A DNA stretch of 32,000 nucleotides, taken from NCBI RefSeq assembly GCF_000186885.1, contig NC_014972.1, positions 2,760,001 to 2,792,000 of the forward strand. The letters run 5' to 3'. The notes beneath the pieces are model-generated. The model saw nothing but the letters and a program-made list of their open reading frames with translations. It had not been told where the DNA came from and ran no database searches. Of the stretch, positions 28,545 through 32,000 are shown piece after piece. This DNA comes from Desulfobulbus propionicus DSM 2032. GTDB lineage: Bacteria > Desulfobacterota > Desulfobulbia > Desulfobulbales > Desulfobulbaceae. Made by a program: the position numbers and the translations under genes. Numbering within the stretch: position 1 is the stretch's first letter; each line of letters starts with the position of its first letter.

Positions 28545-29430
28545 CAGCTCATCCTCATCGCGCAATAATCACCGTATCCAACCCGATGCACATCCTGGAA
28601 ACAGATGTAGTTGACCCCGGCCACGGTGATGATGTTCTCCGAGGCGTTCTTGTGCCCGGTCACCCTGAACACGCCGTCGACGCTGCCATAGATGGCCGAA
28701 CGGCGTAAATCCTTGATGAATATCGGCTCCAACAGGTATTCGTCGCCTGGCGCGGTCAACAGGTTGGCGCGCACCCCTTGATAGGGGCCGTAGATGGTCA
28801 AATCCGGGCGAGTAATGACGGGGAAGTCAGGTTCAAAATAGGTGGCGTTGATACCGCCGTTCCCATAATTTGCCCGCCCCCATGTCCCGCCGGGCAGATA
28901 GAGGCGCCCGGGGGCCGGACTTGAGCCCGCCCACCATGCGCCTTGCGATGTCGAGGAATACGGGTTGGTCAAGGTGGAGTCGGTGCCGCCGATAAACAAG
29001 GGGTACGGGTATTGCTCGGGGGTTCCGGCAGGGTCGATGAACCCGAGATGCACCGAGGTGTAGACCGATGACACCTTGGCAAAAAGAATGATGCGTTTGG
29101 CTGAGGCGATCATCCAGTAGGGGATTTGCTGATTCCAAAAGGTGCAGAGGGTGGACCAGGTGTCCTTGTTGTTGAGGGGCTGCGCGTCAATGGGAAGGTC
29201 GATTTCCACAGGACCGAGCCAAACAGCTCCCAGTTGTAGTAGCCGACGGTTGAATCCTCATAGGCCTTGACGCCCACATAGATTTTATCAAGCCCGGAGG
29301 GGCCGGAGCCCCGCAGGTATACCTCGGTCGCGCTCTGGGTGAGCACGGTCCAACCGTTGGCCGCGGCAAAGGTGGTCAGGATGGCGAGCAGGTCCTTGTA
29401 GTTGGCGGCGGTGCCGTTGGTGTAGGCCAT
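28544..29430 (-). CDS. Phage virion/tail-associated protein encoded in two frames (ORFs 29430-29110 and 29209-28544)
   Basis: Frame A gives MAYTNGTAANYKDLLAILTTFAAANGWTVL...KIYVGVKAYEDSTVGYYNWELFGS. The -1 frame continues as EIDLPIDAQPLNNKDTWSTLCTFWNQQIPYWMIASAKRIILFAKVSSVYTSVHLGFIDPAGTPEQYPYPLFIGG, the expected continuation of a single protein. Possible frameshift or disrupted gene. Confidence 0.65.
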
Positions 29431-32000
29431 TTATCCTCCGATCAAGGTGCGGATGGTGGTGCCGTTGCGGCGGATCATGTTGAGGATGGCGGTCTCGCCG
29501 TCGGCGGTGCGCAGGAAATCGCCCACCATGTTGCGGTCGAGCACATTGATCACCCGCAGCCGGGTATCGCCGGACTTGACCGTGGTGGCGGGTGCGGCCG
29601 CGGCTTGCCCGCCGGCGGCCAGCCGGTTGCCGCTGGGGATCCTCGGCAGGGTGGCCCCGGCAAGCGCCCGGGCCAGGTTACGGGGGAACAGTTTGCGCCG
29701 GACCATCTCCATGAACGGCAGGCCGTAGTAGTCGACCGCGTCCACGGGATGGACGAACTCCCGGGCCGTGAGCCAGGCCGGGATATTGTCGGCGGTCCTG
29801 GAGGGGCTCCAGCCCTGGACCGCGCCACCGCCGGCCAGGGCCTGGACCCAGCCGCCCCGGGCGAACGCCTGCACGGCCTGGCCGCCGGCGGAGAAGCCAA
29901 AACCCACGGCCCGCAGGGCGTTGAGGATCATGTGTTTCATGATGATCTGCGTGAGCCACGAAATGGTTGACCGGGCGAAATCGATCATGGCCTCCTTGGC
30001 GCTGGCAGTACCCGTGATAAACGAATCCCAGGCCGAGGTCAGCCCGCCGGCGATCTGCTCGCCAATGTTCTCGCCGATGTAGATCATGACCTCGGCATCG
30101 GTCTGCATCTTCTCCCTGGCCTTTTGAAATCCCAGAGAAAGCGCGGCCCCCATGTCGTCGCCGGCGGCAATCAGCTTCTCCCGCATCTCGTCGGCGGTGA
30201 TCACGCCGGCGGCACCGGCGGCACGCACAGCCGCCCTGTACTGCTCAACCGAAGCCTGGCCGCGCCTCCACGCCTGTTCAACCTCGGCCATCCGTTCAGT
30301 GGCCACCTGGGCCAGGTCCTCATGTTCCTGCTTGACCGCGTCGACCTGCATGGCGGCCAGTTCCGACTGAGCGCGGATGATATCGGCCTGGCTGGTGTTG
30401 GAATCGGGCCGTGCGGCATCGACCTTCATGGCCTCGATTTCCTGACGCTTGAGGCTGAGGCGTTCCGCCATGATCTTTTTATCAATCGCCAGTTCCGCCT
30501 CTGCCCGGGCCAGCTTGGTGCCGAGCTTCTCCGCCTCCAGTTTTTCCAGCTCCAGGGCGAGGATCTTCTCCTGGGAGGCGGCCCGCATTTTCTCGGACGC
30601 GATCTTTCTTTGCTCCTCGTACTCCTTCTTGGCCTCGGTGGCGGCCTTCTTGGCGGCGGCTGCCGCTTCACGCTTGGCTTTCCCCTCCTCCTTGGAGGAC
30701 TTTGTGGCAGCCTGCGAGGCAGCGGTCTGGACTCGGAACTGGGCCAGGGCCTCGACATTGGCTGCCTTCCTGGCTTTCTCCTTTTCCTCGAAAGCTACCC
30801 GTTCGAGCATCGCCTGGGTGCGCTGATCCGCCGCCGCCTTGGCCGTGGCATCACGTTGCGCAAGGATGGAGTCAACCGAGGCGTCACGGGCCTGGTTGGC
30901 AATCTTCAGTTCCCTGTCCAGATCGCTGGCAATCTGCCCGACATCGTAGGTGTCTCCCTGGGTGAACATCGCCGCGATGGTGAGCTTGAACGCCCTGGCC
31001 CGCGCCATCACCTTGTCGAACTCAGCAGCAACGTAGACGGTCACCAGGCCGATGAAGGCACGGACATTCTCCGGGAACCGTTCAAAGGCGTGAATCAACT
31101 CATCCACAACCTCCTGGCCTTGTTGGCCCAGATCCCCGGTAAAATCGCTCCACCAGCCACCAACAATATCGATGGTCTTTTTGATATCGTCCCCCCAGCC
31201 GGCAAACTGGGTGACAATGGCCCGGAGATAGCCTTCCAGCTGCCCCGAGGCGATCATGGCATTCAGCTCTTCCAGGGCATTGATACCAACTTGCACCCCA
31301 TCGGCGATCATGTTGCCGATTCCTGCCCGGGAGATGTTGAGGAAAACCTTGTTCCACTCATCAGCAAAATTCGACAGCTTGCCGTCGAGTTTTGCCATCC
31401 GGTTGGCCATGGCATCGCCGAAGTTGGTCTCGCCCAGCTTGATCAGATACTCCTCGATCTCCTTGGCGTTCTTGCCCACCGTGGTGGTGACTCCGCGAAA
31501 GGTGAAGCTGACCTTGTCGCCCTCGGAGCTGGCCTTGATGCCGAACTCCTTCAAGCGCTCGAACTCACCGGTGGCGGCATCGGCCACCGCCTCGATCATC
31601 TGGTTGAGATCCTTGCCCATCGATGCCGAAGTGTTGCCATAACTGGTCAAGGCCCGCTCCGATGGATCGAGCCCCATGTTCACCAGCTTGACAAATGCCT
31701 CAGACACCTGCGCCAAGTCGTATGGAGTCTTGGCGGCAAAGTCCTGGATGGCGGCAAAGGCAACCTCCGACTTCTCGGCGCTGCCGGTGGCTGTGATCAG
31801 GCCGGAGCTGATCTTGTCGAACTCGCGGGAGACAGTGACCAGCTTCTGCAGGCCAGCGGCGGCGGAGACCGTGGCGCCCAGGGCACGGAGCAGACCGCTC
31901 ACCGAGGACGTCAGGCCGTTGATGCCGGCATCGGCGCCCTTTGCTCCTGAGACAAAGGATTTGATCGCTCCCAGGGCACGATTGAACCCAGCCGTCAGCC
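29431..32000 (-). CDS. Phage tail length tape-measure protein, 5' end beyond the window
   Basis: More than 850 aa. Frame open past the GTG at 31902 to the edge (...LTAGFNRALGAIKSFVSGAKGADAGINGLTSSVSGLLRALG). TMP-like AAIQDFAAKTPYDLAQVSEAFVKLVNMGLDP, long Ala/Glu/Lys-rich coiled coil, and C-terminal AFARGGWVQALAGGGAVQ. Confidence 0.9.
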   Translation of the reverse strand, partial: LTAGFNRALGAIKSFVSGAKGADAGINGLTSSVSGLLRALGATVSAAAGLQKLVTVSREFDKISSGLITATGSAEKSEVAFAAIQDFAAKTPYDLAQVSEAFVKLVNMGLDPSERALTSYGNTSASMGKDLNQMIEAVADAATGEFERLKEFGIKASSEGDKVSFTFRGVTTTVGKNAKEIEEYLIKLGETNFGDAMANRMAKLDGKLSNFADEWNKVFLNISRAGIGNMIADGVQVGINALEELNAMIASGQLEGYLRAIVTQFAGWGDDIKKTIDIVGGWWSDFTGDLGQQGQEVVDELIHAFERFPENVRAFIGLVTVYVAAEFDKVMARARAFKLTIAAMFTQGDTYDVGQIASDLDRELKIANQARDASVDSILAQRDATAKAAADQRTQAMLERVAFEEKEKARKAANVEALAQFRVQTAASQAATKSSKEEGKAKREAAAAAKKAATEAKKEYEEQRKIASEKMRAASQEKILALELEKLEAEKLGTKLARAEAELAIDKKIMAERLSLKRQEIEAMKVDAARPDSNTSQADIIRAQSELAAMQVDAVKQEHEDLAQVATERMAEVEQAWRRGQASVEQYRAAVRAAGAAGVITADEMREKLIAAGDDMGAALSLGFQKAREKMQTDAEVMIYIGENIGEQIAGGLTSAWDSFITGTASAKEAMIDFARSTISWLTQIIMKHMILNALRAVGFGFSAGGQAVQAFARGGWVQALAGGGAVQGWSPSRTADNIPAWLTAREFVHPVDAVDYYGLPFMEMVRRKLFPRNLARALAGATLPRIPSGNRLAAGGQAAAAPATTVKSGDTRLRVINVLDRNMVGDFLRTADGETAILNMIRRNGTTIRTLIGG

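Larger units (their letters stand above)
20074..32000 (-). mobile_element. Prophage tail/virion module (siphophage-like), extends past the right edge
   Basis: Tightly packed, co-directional virion gene order: tape measure, tail proteins, DUF2163-like, J-like hub, fibre-like, methyltransferase. Confidence 0.85.

Noticed and set aside
21141-29430. Possible diversity-generating retroelement near tail fibre genes
   Set aside because: No reverse transcriptase ORF in the window. The only internal repeat is a 29-bp copy with one mismatch, which is not adenine-biased TR/VR variation.
22230-31950. Long plus-strand ORFs (22230..23483, 23592..24506, 24513..25838, 25613..27148, 30124..31950)
   Set aside because: All are shadows of well-supported minus-strand tail genes. 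The translations are His/Gln/Arg/Gly-biased with no recognisable domain.

Overview
The window reads as a GC-rich, probably Desulfobacterota-like chromosome (taxonomy is inference only). Bases 1-16300 are mostly housekeeping: a MotB-like/MotA-like pair, a pentapeptide-repeat lipoprotein, dnaE, a minus-strand xseB-ispA-dxs cluster, xerC-hslV-hslU, a double zinc-ribbon protein, a SAM hydrolase-fold protein (DUF62), an ABM-domain monooxygenase and a glycine-zipper/OmpA lipoprotein. Bases 16300-20000 are more AT-rich. They hold a noncoding, possibly mobile or relic segment with a 9-bp tandem repeat and a large PAS/GAF hybrid histidine kinase. From about 20070 to the right edge is a minus-strand siphophage-like prophage tail module: tape measure protein, tail/virion proteins, a DUF2163-like protein, a J-like tail hub in separate ORFs, a fibre-like protein and a D12-class adenine methyltransferase. 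The most notable observations are the J-like tail gene split around a nested small ORF with overlapping stop/start signals, a -1 frame disruption in a conserved phage virion gene, a 29-bp near-identical duplication between the tail-hub C-terminus and the spacer before the methylase, and the AT-rich repeat-bearing spacer. I found no convincing evidence for a wholly new system.
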